From assembly GCA_964016885.1 (NCBI GenBank), contig OZ024753.1, positions 15,252,001-15,316,000 of the forward strand: 64,000 nt of DNA, in the 5' to 3' direction. The notes below the pieces were generated by a model. It had not been told where the DNA came from. It worked only from the letters and a program-made list of their open reading frames with translations, and did not search any database. Source of the stretch: Eledone cirrhosa. Its lineage: Eukaryota. The translations under genes and the position numbers were made by a program. Shown here piece after piece: positions 38,242-53,399 of the stretch (its first letter is position 1; each line of letters begins with the position of its first letter).

Positions 38242-38245
<4 letters not shown>
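37912..38245. mobile_element. Fold-back hammerhead element (family of 61408-61711)
   Basis: atataagatcaaaagatggttaaa is inverted at 38221-38244. The tail tgtaggaggtg..gtaggactggagtatac matches the reverse complement of 61625-61711. Internal palindrome at 38051-38090. Confidence 0.8.
38140..38208 (+). ncRNA. Type I hammerhead ribozyme
   Basis: attttat-CTGATGA(38147-38153)-aaacacaaatg..tatttgttttt-GAAA-TGCGCA-TA-ataatat. Confidence 0.78.
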
Positions 38246-38282
<37 letters not shown>

Positions 38283-38642
38283 TAGTTCTTTCGTTGCTTT
38301 TGGTATTGCATGGTAGGGTTTTGCCTACCGGAATTTTCAATTTGTCAAGCTTTTAAACGTAATGTTATTACTCGAAGGACCTACCCTTATTGAGTGGTTT
38401 GCTACTCATTCCTTATTGTAGGTCGGCTTTGCTTGGCTCCAGGCAACGCTTCGATTTTACTAAGCTTCCACTTATATATATATACATGTATACACACACA
38501 CAATGCGTCACATTGCTCGCCAGGAAGGTGGCTGACTAGTTAAAGCTGCAGTTATCTGTTCGGCTTAGGTAACTGTGTGCATTTTGTCTTGTTACTATAG
38601 TTATTTATATTAACCCTATCGTCTGCTATTTCTGTCAGGCTG

Positions 38643-38678
<36 letters not shown>

Positions 38679-38923
38679 GTTTTATAAATATCTATTTAGA
38701 TATACATCCATATAGAGTTCAGTTTACGGTTAATCTCAAGCCAAGCCATAAGTTATCAAAGAACTTCAATTCATACAAAGAGGGTATATAATCGATATTG
38801 GAAAAATAGCCAAGTACAAAGTGTTAACATCTGTTGTTATATCACACACCACACACACACATATATAGATACACACATACGTAAGTACATACATCCATAT
38901 ATATATATATATATATATAAATA

Positions 38924-39082
38924 TAGGAAAATGTTTAACCCCGACGGCAGAGATCAAGCCGTTTCGACGGCTATTTCTTGACTCCAGAAAAAACATTTTC
39001 CTATTTACCCACTCTACTACCCTAAGTATTGAGTACTCTGGTGCGTTATAGTCCATCTGGTTCCTTACCACACTTCCTTCGT

Positions 39083-39083
<1 letters not shown>
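38924..39083. mobile_element. Half-hammerhead hairpin family copy (internally deleted)
   Basis: accccgacggcagagatcaagccgtttcgacggcta plus the conserved tail. Confidence 0.75.
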
Positions 39084-39117
<34 letters not shown>

Positions 39118-40869
39118 GTATGTATATATGTATGTATATGTATACTAGAGACTACCCATTGTTGCTTTGCCCCATGGTTTTAATAGAAGACATCATAAAG
39201 AAAGAGGACGAGAGATATTTTTATCAGACACAAATAATACCATTATTTTTTAATAACAAAATGGTATTAATAACTAAAATATATTTTTTTAATGATTTAA
39301 AAATTCATGTTTACATTTCTATTTAGTTTCCGTTATGTATTTAGTGAGATCAAGTTTTCACTAACCTACTATATATGAGAACTAATAAACAAATACATTA
39401 TTACATGATAAAAGAGAATAAAATAAAGCTTAATATGGAAATTAACAACAAAATATACCATGCAATATTTGCACAACTGAAACCTATAAAATCCTCTCTG
39501 CAATGAAAAGTACACAAAAAAGATATTGGAATAGACAAGGAATGTCCATTTATGGAGATGGAATTAATAACATCTTTATACACTACAAACCCATGATATA
39601 TTTTGATAGCTAATGTAATTCATTTCCTATTACACTTTACCATGTTGCTCATACATTAACATAACTCCTGACATTATATGTAAAAATCTAATCCTAGCAT
39701 GCTACAAATCATGTATATACTATTTATTCATTTTAAACCTATATTATTTTTATTTCTTCGTATTAATTGTACATCATATCCATATTTTACTTTTTAACGT
39801 TAATTATCCTAATGACAAGTTAAATTATAGTCCTTTCCCATACAGCCAGATCTTCCCTTCCTTACCTCAGACTTAATTTTGCTTTTCTCATATAATTATT
39901 TATCTTTTGAAAATAAAACTCTTTTGATAAATATCACTTCATCATTCTAAGCCTATCAAATTATAATTTAAATTGGTTAATCTCTATAAATACTGTAACA
40001 ATACTAAAGTGTTTTGCTCAAGAACACAACGCGCAAACTAATCCAGGTATGAAACCAACAACATTATGATGGTAAAACCAAAACCTTTACCACTAGGAAA
40101 TGCCCTTCCACTTCTTCTTGTGACGCTAAACTCCGCCAGTTACAGTCTGCGCATCAACATGAGATATTTTTCTCCACAAAGTTCGATCACCAACAGCAGA
40201 GTTGAAAGCGCCTCGACTCGGGACTGCTATTTTATTAATTGATTCCGAAAGTATGGAAAGAGAAGTTGAATCTTGTCCAGATTTGAACGCAAAGTACAGT
40301 GAACCGGAACAGATACCACGAACTATTTAACCAAACCATCTAATGCTTCTTCCAATCCGCCATCTTTAAAATATCTATATATCATGTTTAGACAATATTT
40401 CTTAATAATTACCACCCAAATTTAAACAGTAAATCACATACACCCAATAATCCGATAAAACATTTATAGGTTCGATGATGGAACATCAATATCAGGTCAT
40501 CATAGGATTATATCCAACATCCACTTAATCTGAACAAAATGGAAGCAGAATGTTTTGCATAATCAAACAATTATTTCACGTGATTACCTCCCTTGTAATT
40601 CAAAGATGAGAAACACGTCTGGCTTCGTTAATGTTTTGATCTCATATTTCAGGATTTGAAAACAACAATGATATATATATATATGTATATATATACATAT
40701 ATATATATATTCATATATATATATATGCATATATACATACATATATATATATATATATTCATATATATATATATGCATATATACATACATATATATATAC
40801 ATATATATATACATACATATATATATACATATGCATATATATATGCATATATATATATAAATATATATG

Positions 40870-41047
<178 letters not shown>

Positions 41048-41470
41048 CGTGTGTGTGTTAGTGTACGTGTGTGTATGTGTATGTGTTAGTGTATGTGTGT
41101 GTCTTAGTGTAAGTGTGTACGTGTGTATATGTGTGTGTGTGTGAGTGTGTATGTGTGTGTGTTAGTGTATGTGTGGGTGTGCATGTGTCTGTGTGTATGT
41201 GTGTGTGTGTGAGTGTGTGTGTGTATGTATATGTCTGTCTTTATGTGTGTATGTGTGTATGTGTGTATCCGTGTGTGTACGTGTCTGTGTGTGTGCGTTG
41301 TATCAAGTGTTTCCGTAGAAGAGATAAAGATAAATATGCTCTATATGTTATGATATTAACAATAATAATAATAATGATTTCTGATTTAAGCACAAGGCCA
41401 GCAATTTGAAAGGAGGGGAAAATCGATTAAATCGACGCCAGTACTCATTGGTGCTATATTTTATCGACCC

Positions 41471-41527
<57 letters not shown>

Positions 41528-41604
41528 CTATCTATGTACAATTCTTTGTCTCTCTGTCGGTCCCTATGCATTCTCAAACGGCTCCACCAAATCAAACAAA
41601 TTTT

Positions 41605-44600
41605 ACAACAGTTAACTGAACACACTAACCACTAAGTCACCAGACTCTGATCACTCACAACTGTTAACTGAACACCCTAACCACTAAGTCACCAGACTCT
41701 GATCACTCACAACTGTTAACTGAACACCCTAACCACTAAGTCACCTGACTGTGATCACTCACAACAGTTAACTGAACACCCTAACCACTAAGTCACCAGA
41801 CTCTGATCACTCACAACTGTTAACTGACCACCCTAACCACTAAGTCACCAGACTCTGATCACTCACAAAAGTTAACTGAACACCCTAACCACTAAGTCAT
41901 CAGACTCTGATCACTCACAACCGTTAAGTAAACACCCTAACCCCTAAGTCACCAGACTCTGATCACTCACAACAGTTAACTGAACACCCTAACCACTAAC
42001 TCACCAGACTGTGATCACTCACAACTGTTAACTGAACACCCTAACCACTAAGTCACCAGACTGTGATCACTCACAACAGTTAACTGAACACCCCAACCAC
42101 TAAGTCACCAGACGCTGATCACTCACAGCTGTTAACTGAACACCCTAACCACTAAGTCACGAGATTCTGATCACTCACAACTGTTAACTGAACACCCTAA
42201 CCACTAAGTCACCAGATTCTGATCACTCACAACTGTTAACTGAACACTCTAACCACTAAGTCACCAGATTCTGATCACTCACAACTGTTAACTGAACACC
42301 CTAACCACTAAGTCACCAGATTCTGATCACTCACAACTGTTAACTGAACACCCTAACCACTAAGTCACCAGATTCTGATCACTCACAACTGTTAACTGAA
42401 CACCCTAACCACTAAGTCACCAGATTCTGATCACTCACAACTGTTAACTGAACACCCTAACCACTAAGTCACCAGACTCTGATCACTCACAACTGTTAAC
42501 TGAACACCCTAACCACTAAGTCACCAGATTGTGATCACTCACAACAGTTAACTGAACACCCTAACCACTAAGTCACAAGATTCTGATCACTCACAACTGT
42601 TAACTGAACACCCTAACCACTAAGTCACCAGACTCTGATCACTCACAACAGTTAACTGAACACCCTAACCACTAAGTCACCAGATTCTGATCACTCACAA
42701 CTGTTAACTGAACACCCTAACCACTAAGTCACCTGACTCTGATAACTCACAGCTGTTAACTGAACATCCTAACCACTAAGTCACCTGACTGTGATCACTC
42801 ACAAGAGTTAACTGAACACCCTAACCACTAAGTCACCAGACTCTGATCACTCACAACTGTTAACTGAACACCCTAACCACTAAGTCACCAGACTGTGATC
42901 ACTCACAACAGTTAACTGAACACCCTAACCACTAAGTCACAAGATTCTGATCACTTACAACTGTTAACTGAACACCCTAACCACTAAGTCACCAGACTGT
43001 GATCACTCACAACTGTTAACTGAACACACTAACCACAAAGTCACCTGACTTTGATCACTCACAACTGTTAACTGAACGCCCTAACCACTAAGTCACCTGA
43101 CTCTGATAACTCACAGCTGTTAACTGAACATCCTAACCACTAAGTCACCTGACTGTGATCACTCACATGAGTTAACTGAACACCCTAACCACTAAGTCAC
43201 CTGACTGTGATACCTCAAAACTGTTAACTGAACACCCTAACCACTAAGTCACCTGACTGTGATCAGTCACAACAGTTAACTGAACACCCTAACCACTAAG
43301 TCACCAGACAGTGATCACTCACAATTGTTAACTGAACAACCTAACCACTAAGTCACCTGACTGTGATCACTCACAACAGTTAACTGAACACCCTAACCAC
43401 TAAGTCACCAGACTCTGATCACTCACAACTGTTAACTGAACACCCTAACCACTAAGTAACCAGACTCTGATCACTCACAACTGTTAACTGAACACCCTAA
43501 CCACTAAGTCACAAGACTCTGATCACTCACAACTGTTAACTGAACACCCTAACCACTAAGTCACCAGACTCTGATCACTCACAACTGTTAACTGAACACA
43601 CTAACCACTAAGTCACCTGACTGTGATCACTCACAACTGTTAACTGAACACCCTAACCACTAAGTCACCAGACTCTGATCACTCACAACTGTTAACTGAA
43701 CACACTAACCACTAAGTCACCTGACTCTGATCACTCACAACTGTTAACTGAACACCCTAACCACTAAGTCACCAGACTCTGATCACTCACAACTGTTAAC
43801 TGAACACCCTAACCACTAAGTCACCTGACTGTGATCACTCAGAGCTGATAACCGAACACCCTAACCACTAAGTCACCAGACTCTGATCACTCACAACCGT
43901 TAAGTGAACACCCTAACCCCTAATTCACCAGACTCTGATCACTCACAACTGTTAACTGAACACCCTAACCACTAAGTCACCAGACTCTGATCACTCACAA
44001 CTGTTAACTGAACCCCCTATCCCCTAAGTCACCAGACTCTGATCACTCAGAGCTGTTAACTGAACACCCTAACCACTAAGTGACCAGACTCTGATCACTC
44101 ACAACAGTTAACTGAACACCCTAACCACTAAGTCACCAAACTCTGATCACTCACAACTGTTAACTGAACACCCTAACCACTAAGTTACCAGACTCTGATC
44201 ACTCAGAGCTGATAACCGAACACCCTAACCACTAAGTCACCAGACTCTGATCACTCACAACCGTTAAGTGAACACCCTAACCCCTAATTCACCAGACTCT
44301 GATCACTCACAACTGTTAATTGAACACCCTAACCACTAAGTCACCAGACTCTGATCACTCACAACTGTTAAGTGAACACTCTAACCACTAAGTCACCTGA
44401 CTCTGATCACTCACAACTGTTAACTGAACAACCTAACCACTAAGTCACCAAACTTTGATCACTCACAACTGTTAACTGAACACCCTAATCACTAAGTCAC
44501 CTGACTGTGATCACTCACAAGAGTTAACTGAACACCCTAACCACTAAGTAACCAGACTGTGATCACTCACAACAGTTAACTGAACACCCTAACCACTAAG

Positions 44601-47600
44601 TCACCAGATTCTGATCACTCACAACTGTTAACTGAACACCCTAACCATTAAGTCACCAGACTCTGATCACTCACAACTGTTAACTGAACACCCTAACCAC
44701 TAAGTCACCAGACTCTGATCACTCACAACTGTTAACTGAACACCCTAACCACTAAGTCACCAGACTCTGATCACTCAGAGCTGTTAACTGAAACCCTAAC
44801 CACTAAGTTACCAGACTCTGATCACTCAGAGCTGATAACCGAACACCCTAACCACTAAGTCACCAGACTCTGATCACTCACAACCGTTAAGTGAACACCC
44901 TAACCCCTAATTCACCAGACTCTGATCACTCACAACTGTTAACTGAACACCCTAACCACTAAGTCACCAGACTCTGATCACTCACAACTGTTAAGTGAAC
45001 ACTCTAACCACTAAGTCACCTGACTCTGATCACTCACAACTGTTAACTGAACAACCTAACCACTAAGTCACCTGACTGTGATCACTCACAACAGTTAACT
45101 GAACACCCTAATCACTAAGTCACCTTACTGTGATCACTTACAAGAGTTAACTGAACACCCTAACCACTAAGTAACCAGACTGTGATCACTCACAACAGTT
45201 AACTGAACACCCTAACCACTAAGTCACCAGACTCTGATCACTCACAACAGTTAACTGAACACCCTAACCACTAAGTCACCAGACTCTGATCACTCACAAC
45301 TGTTAACTGAACACCCTAACCACTAAGTAACCAGACTCTGATCACTCACAACTGTTAACTGAACACCCTAACCACTAAGTCACAAGACTCTGATCACTCA
45401 CAACTGTTAACTGAACACCCTAACCACTAAGTCACCAGACTCTGATCACTCACAACTGTTAAGTGAACACTCTAACCACTAAGTCACCTGACTCTGATCA
45501 CTCACAACTGTTAACTGAACAACCTAACCACTAAGTCACCTGACTGTGATCACTCACAACAGTTAACTGAACACCCTAATCACTAAGTCACCTTACTGTG
45601 ATCACTCACAAGAGTTAACTGAACACCCTAACCACTAAGTAACCAGACTGTGATCACTCACAACAGTTAACTGAACACCCTAACCACTAAGTCACCAGAC
45701 TCTGATCACTCACAACAGTTAACTGAACACCCTAACCACTAAGTCACCAGACTCTGATCACTCACAACTGTTAACTGAACACCCTAACCACTAAGTAACC
45801 AGACTCTGATCACTCACAACTGTTAACTGAACACCCTAACCACTAAGTCACAAGACTCTGATCACTCACAACTGTTAACTGAACACCCTAACCACTAAGT
45901 CACCAGACTCTGATCACTCACAACTGTTAACTGAACACACTAACCACTAAGTCACCTGACTGTGATCACTCACAACTGTTAACTGAACACCCTAACCACT
46001 AAGTCACCAGACTCTGATCACTCACAACTGTTAACTGAACACACTAACCACTAAGTCACCTGACTCTGATCACTCACAACTGTTAACTGAACACCCTAAC
46101 CCCTAATTCACCAGACTCTGATCACTCACAACTGTTAACTGAACACCCTAACCACTAAGTCACCAGACTCTGATCACTCACAACTGTTAACTGAACCCCC
46201 TATCCCCTAAGTCACCAGACTCTGATCACTCAGAGCTGTTAACTGAACACCCTAACCACTAAGTGACCAGACTCTGATCACTCACAACAGTTAACTGAAC
46301 ACCCTAACCACTAAGTCACCAAACTCTGATCACTCACAACTGTTAACTGAACACCCTAACCACTAAGTTACCAGACACTGATCACTCAGAGCTGATAACC
46401 GAACACCCTAACCACTAAGTCACCAGACTCTGATCACTCACAACCGTTAAGTGAACACCCTAACCCCTAATTCACCAGACTCTGATCACTCACAACTGTT
46501 AATTGAACACCCTAACCACTAAGTCACCAGACTCTGATCACTCACAACTGTTAAGTGAACAACCTAACCACTAAGTCACCAAACTTTGATCACTCACAAC
46601 TGTTAACTGAACACCCTAATCACTAAGTCACCTGACTGTGATCACTCACAAGAGTTAACTGAACACCCTAACCACTAAGTAACCAGACTGTGATCACTCA
46701 CAACAGTTAACTGAACACCCTAACCACTAAGTCACCAGATTCTGATCACTCACAACTGTTAACTGAACACCCTAACCATTAAGTCACCAGACTCTGATCA
46801 CTCACAACTGTTAACTGAACACCCTAACCACTAAGTCACCAGACTCTGATCACTCACAACTGTTAACTGAACACCCTAACCACTAAGTCACCAGACTCTG
46901 ATCACTCAGAGCTGTTAACTGAAACCCTAACCACTAAGTTACCAGACTCTGATCACTCAGAGCTGATAACCGAACACCCTAACCACTAAGTCACCAGACT
47001 CTGATCACTCACAACCGTTAAGTGAACACCCTAACCCCTAATTCACCAGACTCTGATCACTCACAACTGTTAACTGAACACCCTAACCACTAAGTCACCA
47101 GACTCTGATCACTCACAACTGTTAAGTGAACACTCTAACCACTAAGTCACCTGACTCTGATCACTCACAACTGTTAACTGAACAACCTAACCACTAAGTC
47201 ACCTGACTGTGATCACTCACAGCAGTTAACTGAACACCCTAATCACTAAGTCACCTTACTGTGATCACTCACAAGAGTTAACTGAACACCCTAACCACTA
47301 AGTAACCAGACTGTGATCACTCACAACAGTTAACTGAACACCCTAACCACTAAGTCACCAGACTCTGATCACTCACAACTGTTAACTGAACACACTAACC
47401 ACTAAGTCACCTGACTGTGATCACTCACAACTGTTAACTGAACACCCTAACCACTAAGTCACCAGACTCTGATCACTCACAACTGTTAACTGAACACCCT
47501 AACCATTAAGTCACCAGACTCTGATCACTCACAAATGTTAACTGAACACCCTAACCACTAAGTCACCAGACTCTGATCACTCACAACTGTTAACTGAACA

Positions 47601-48688
47601 CCCTAACCACTAAGTCACCAAACTTTGATCACTCACAACAGTTAACTGAACACCCTAATCACTAAGTCACCTGACTGTGATCACTCACAAGAGTTAACTG
47701 AACACCCGAACCACTAAGTAACCAGACTGTGATCACTCACAACAGTTAACTGAACACCCTAACCACTAAGTCACCAGACTCTGATCACTCACAACTGTTA
47801 ACTGAACACCCTAACCATTAAGTCACCAGACTCTGATCACTCACAACTGTTAACTGAACACCCTAACCACTAAGTCACCAGACTCTGATCACTCACAACT
47901 GTTAACTGAACACCCTAACCACTAAGTCACCAGACTCTGATCACTCACAACTGTTAACTGAACACCCTAACCACTAAGTCACCAAACTTTGATCACTCAC
48001 AACAGTTAACTGAACACCCTAATCACTAAGTCACCTGACTGTGATCACTCACAAGAGTTAACTGAACACCCTAACCACTAAGTCACCATACTCTGATCAC
48101 TCACAACTGTTAACTGAACACACTAACCACAAAGTCACCTGACTCTGATCACTCACAACTGTTAACTGAACACCCTAACCACAAAGTCACCAGACTCTGA
48201 TCACTCACAACTGTTAACTGAACACCCTAACCACAAAGTCACCAGACTTTGATCACTCACAACTGTTAAGTGAACACCCTAACCACAAAGTCACCAGACT
48301 CTGATCACTCACAACTGTTAACTGAACACCCTAACCACTAAGTCACCAGACTGTGATCACTCACAACTGTTAACTGAACACCCTAACCACTAAGTCACCT
48401 GACTCTGATCACTCACAACTGTTAACTGAACACCCTAACCACTAAGTCACCAGACTCTGATCACTCACAACTGTTAACTGAACAACCTAACCACAAAGTC
48501 ACCAGACTCTGATCACTCACAACTGTTAACTGAACAACCTAACCACAAAGTCACCAGACTCTGATCACTCACAACTGTTAACTGAACAACCTAACCACAA
48601 AGTCACCAGACTCTGATCACTCACAACTGTTAACTGAACACCCTAACCACAAAGTCACCAGACTCTGATCACTCACAACTGTTAACTA
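41605..48688. repeat. 52-bp tandem satellite, about 136 copies, with internal block duplications
   Basis: Unit gttaactgaacaccctaaccactaagtcaccagactctgatcactcacaact (starts at 41611, 41663, ...). Confidence 0.97.
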
Positions 48689-48794
48689 TTTGTCATCCTT
48701 CTAGCACGAATACATTCTTTGTGTATAATTATCAAATTAACCAAGACGAGTTTTAGAGAAATAAACAACGTTCGACTTAATGATTTTTTTCAAG

Positions 48795-50410
48795 TACTGG
48801 GGCGGGGGTTGAGAGCATCGACCTAAGTTATTACTGGTACTTTACTTTATTGACCCCGGAAATATGAAAGGGAAATTTGCCCTCAGTAGGATCTGAACTC
48901 AGAATGTAACAGCCAGAACAAACGAGACAAAACTTTTTGTGAAACACCTTAATGAATTTGCTAATCCATCACGTTGTTAATTTCTGATTGAGTCACATGA
49001 CCAACAAAGTATGGAGAGGAGAAAATAGAATGCATCTACCCTTAGTATATCACAGGTACTTTATTTTATTGATACCGGAAAAAAATGAAAGGCAAAGTTA
49101 ACCTCGACGGGTTTTTAATTTAGAACGTAAATTGTCGTGAACAAAATGCTGCAAGCCATTTTACCTGGCGCTCTACCGATTCTGCCTGTCTACCGACCCA
49201 ACTTAATAATGGTTTCTTATATAGGCACAAGGCCAGCACTTTTGGGAAGAAGGGAAAGTCGATTACCCCCCCCCCCCCCTCCGCCAGTGCGTGACTGGTA
49301 CTTTATTTTATCGACCCCGTAAGGATGAAAGGCAAAGTTAACCTTGGTGGGATTTGAACTCAGATCATAAAGGGCCTTAACTCTATGCTACAAAACATGG
49401 CGTCCGGTGCCCTACCGATACTGTCAATCCACCACCCTGTCCCAACTTAATAATTGTTTCTACTTTTGGCACAAGGCCAGCAATTATCTCAGTACATTAC
49501 TGGTACTTTATTTTATCGACCCTGTAAGGATGAAAGGCAAAGTTAACGTCGGCGGGTCTTGAACTCAGTTCGTAAAGGGGCGTAACTCTATGGTGTTTGT
49601 TTTAGGCACAAGGCCAACAATTTTGAGGAAGGGTAGGGTCGATTAAATATAACCCTGTGCCTCACTGGGTATTTTTTCGACCCTGCAATGATCAATGTCA
49701 GAGCTGTCTTCAGTGGGATTTAATCTCAGAACGTAGACAATCGTATCTAAACACCACAAAGTATGTAATTTGACGCTCTACTGATCCAACTACTAATCCA
49801 ACACCATTAACTGTATAGTAATACTGGTTTCTTAGTTAGGCACAAGGCCAACGATTTGGGGGGAAGGGAAAGTCGATTAAATCGACTCCAATACATTACT
49901 GGTACTTTATTTTATCAACCCCGAAGGATGAAAAGGAAAGCTAACCTTGGCAGGATTTGAACTCAGAAAGTAAAGTACCGTATCTAAATGCTACAGTGTA
50001 TTTTGTCTGACGCTCTAACATAAAGGGATGTAGCCACATGCCACAAAGCCTGTTATCCAATGTTCTACCAATTCTACTGCCAATCTACTGCTATAGTTAT
50101 AATAATGTTTCTACTGCTGCAAGCCATTTTGCCTGACGCTCTACCGATTCTGCCTGTCTACCGACCCAACTTAATAATGGTTTCTTATATAGGCACAAGG
50201 CCAGCACTTTTGGGAAGAGGGGAAAGTCGATTACCCCCCCCCCCCTCCTCCAGTGCGTGACTGGTACTTTATTTTATAGACCCTGTAAGGGTGAAAGGCA
50301 AAGCTAACCTCGTAGGGATTTGAACTCAGAACGTAAAGGGCCGTAACTCTATCCCACAAAGCATGGCGTCCAACGCTCTACCGATCCGACTACTAATCCG
50401 CCATTTACAC
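48795..50410 (-). mobile_element. Chain of about 7 head-to-tail family A SINEs of differing divergence
   Basis: Repeated blocks ggcacaaggcca..ggtactttattttatcgacccc..gaaaggcaaagttaacct..gatttgaactcaga, all on the minus strand. Confidence 0.85.
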
Positions 50411-50512
50411 TTCAACAAAAACCTTTCCAAGCGGAATGGATGACAGCCTCTTGTTCTCTCACTGGGCTGTACTGTGAGTGTGTGTGTCTGTGTGTCTGTG
50501 TATATGTGTGTG

Positions 50513-50544
<32 letters not shown>

Positions 50545-50862
50545 CATGTGTATGTGTATATATGTGTGTGTGTATATATATGTGTGTGTGTATGTGTATG
50601 TGTATATATGTGTGTGTGTATGTATGTGTGTGTGTGTATATATGTGTATGTGTGTATATATGTGTATGTGTTTGTGTGTGTGTGTGTGTATGTGAGTATG
50701 TGTGTATATATATATGTGTGAGTGTATGTGTATATATGTGTATGTGTGTATGTGAGTGTGTATGTATGTGTGAGTGTGTGTGCCTGTGCATGTCTGTATG
50801 TGAGTGTATTTGTGAGTGTGTGTATGTGTATATGATCTAAGTGTGTGTGTCTGACTGTTGCT

Positions 50863-50908
<46 letters not shown>

Positions 50909-51434
50909 ATGTTGCTAAGTGTATGTGTGTGTGTTGTTAAGTGTGTGTGTGTGTGTGTGTGTCGATAGAATAAAGTACCAGTAACGCACTGGGGTCGATC
51001 CAAACGACTTTTCCCCCTCCTCCCGAAATTGCTGGCCTTGTGCCTAAATCAGAAACCAACATTGCTCCCCATTGGTAGAATCGGTAGAACAACAGACAGG
51101 CAAAATATTTTGCTTTATTTTGTTACGACCCTTTACGTTCAGAGTTCAAATCCCGTCGCGATCAATAAAATTAAGTACCAGTCATGTATTGAGGTTGATT
51201 TAAACGAATCGCTCCTGCCTCAAACTGTTGGCTTTGTGCCTAACTAATAAATTAATATTGGAGCTCCCCTACCACCAACACCACCACCACAGCTGTTGCG
51301 TCGTTGTGATGCGAATGTTGTTATAATTGATGTTGGTTTAGATGTAAAGATGCTGCTAAAGTTGATAGCTTTCAGAGAGAGAGAAATGATTAAAAGCAAA
51401 AAAATTGACTACGGTTATATGTAGACACACACAG

Positions 51435-51598
<164 letters not shown>

Positions 51599-51662
51599 CC
51601 CATGTGCAACCACGCAGTATTCTTCTTTCTTCTCATGTTTTTTATATATATATATATATATA

Positions 51663-51978
51663 CGAACAGATTCAGGACCCCGACGGCTGAGCTCCGGCCG
51701 TTTCGACAGCTAGAACCGAACAGTTCGGATCTAGCTGTCGAAACGGCCGGAACTCAGCCTTCAGGGTCCTGAATCTTTTCATATTACCCACTCTACTACC
51801 CCAGTTATCGAGTACTCTGGGTTTTTTACCCTACCCTATCTGATATACATATATATATATATAACGAAGGAAATGTGGTAAGGAACTAGGTGGACCATAA
51901 CGCACCAAAGTACTCAATACTTAGGGTAGTAGAGTGGGTCGAAACGGCTTGAGCTCAGCCGTCGGGGTCTTACTGGTT

Positions 51979-51981
<3 letters not shown>
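51663..51981. mobile_element. Two half-hammerhead hairpin family copies (51663-51845, 51862-51981)
   Basis: ttcaggaccccgacggctgagctccggccgtttcgacagctag hairpin, and a deleted copy joining the tail directly to gtcgaaacggcttgagctcagccgtcggggtc. Confidence 0.78.
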
Positions 51982-52009
<28 letters not shown>

Positions 52010-52015
<6 letters not shown>

Positions 52016-52330
52016 ACAAACGACCATACAATATGCACCTAGAAAGGTTACCTCCGAGGCATTAGTCCAAGAAGGTTATTTGTAGAAGACCACCAGTCTC
52101 CCATGTATCCCAGTCTCCCCTCTCCACACCACCCACGTTGTCCAAGGGAAAGGCAATGACCGATACGGCTTGGCACCAGTGACGTCGCAACTCATTTCTA
52201 CAGCCGAGTGAACTGGAGAAACGTGAAATAAAGTGTCTTGCTCAAGAACACAACTCAAAACCCATTCCGAGAATCGAACTCACAACCTTGTGATTGTAAG
52301 TCCGACGCTTTAACCAACAATCCATGTGCA
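52010..52330 (-). mobile_element. SINE family B (CORE-like)
   Basis: aaagtgtcttgctcaagaacacaac and B-box complement gaatcgaactc. tRNA-like head at 52270-52330. Confidence 0.8.
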
Positions 52331-52367
52331 TATAGATGTGTGATAAGATGTATGTATACATGTATAA

Positions 52368-52399
<32 letters not shown>

Positions 52400-52692
52400 A
52401 TGTGCGTATTTATACTAGTATAGTAACCGTAAAAATGACTATATGGCGTTCTACTCACTCCAATGAGTTTATAGTAAAATATATTGTTGTAGTTGTTATT
52501 GCATCGATATTCTCATGTTATTGCTAAACAATGATATAAGCATGTTGTTGCTATTATCTGCCGTGATAATATTCCCTGACCTAATCATTATCTGATATTG
52601 CTAATGTTTGCAGTGGCAATTTCCTGACGTTGCTAATACTTCACGTTACAATATCATGAGGTGGAAATTGTTATTATTATTACATTGGATTA

Positions 52693-52970
52693 CGGGGTAG
52701 ATAAAATAAAGTACCAGTAATGCACTGGGTAATTGCTGGCCTTGTGCCTAAAGTAGAAACAATTATTACATTGGATTAGGGCGGTGGATTGGCAGAATCG
52801 GTAGAGGGTCGGACACCATGCTTTGCAGCATAGAGTTACGGCTCTTTACGTTCTGAGTTCAAATCCCACCGAGGTTAACCTTGTCTTTCATCCTTACGGG
52901 GTCAATAAAATAAAGTACCAGTAATGCACTGGGGTAATTGCTGGCCTTGTGCCAAAGGTAGAAACAATTA
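52693..52970 (+). mobile_element. Truncated SINE A (52693-52761) plus full SINE A (52779-52970)
   Basis: attattacattggatta is duplicated on either side of the truncated copy (TSD). Confidence 0.85.
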
Positions 52971-53285
52971 TTATTACGGTGTAGCTAATAAACAGCGTTG
53001 CTATAGCAGGACATTGTTAACGGTTGACGTTAAAACTTCATGACGTTGCTATGGCTTCACGTTACAATATCACGACGTGGCTATTATTACGGCGTAGCTA
53101 ACAAACAGCGTTACTGGTGCAAGACGTTGTTAACGGTTGACGTTAAAACTTCCCGACGTTGCTATGGCTTCACGCTACAATATCAAGGCGTGGCTATTAT
53201 TACGGCGTAGCTAATAATCGCGTTGCTATTGCAAGACGTTGTTAACGGTTGACGTTAAGACTTCATGACGTTGCTATGGCTTCAA
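52970..53285. repeat. About 112-bp tandem repeat, about 3 copies
   Basis: attattacggcgtagctaa..gttaacggttgacgttaaaacttc..gttgctatggcttca repeats. A related partial unit lies at about 52620-52665, before the SINEs. Confidence 0.85.
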
Positions 53286-53399
53286 TTTGCTCTTTTCATC
53301 CATATGGATGACATCTGACATCTGAAATATATGTCAGTCTGTCTGTCTCTCTATCCGTCTGTCATTTCTCCATCTGTTCGTCTGTCAGACTGTCAGTCA

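Noticed and set aside
41605-48688. Telomeric array because of CCCTAA
   Set aside because: Only one hexamer per 52-bp unit, not tandem (TTAGGG)n.
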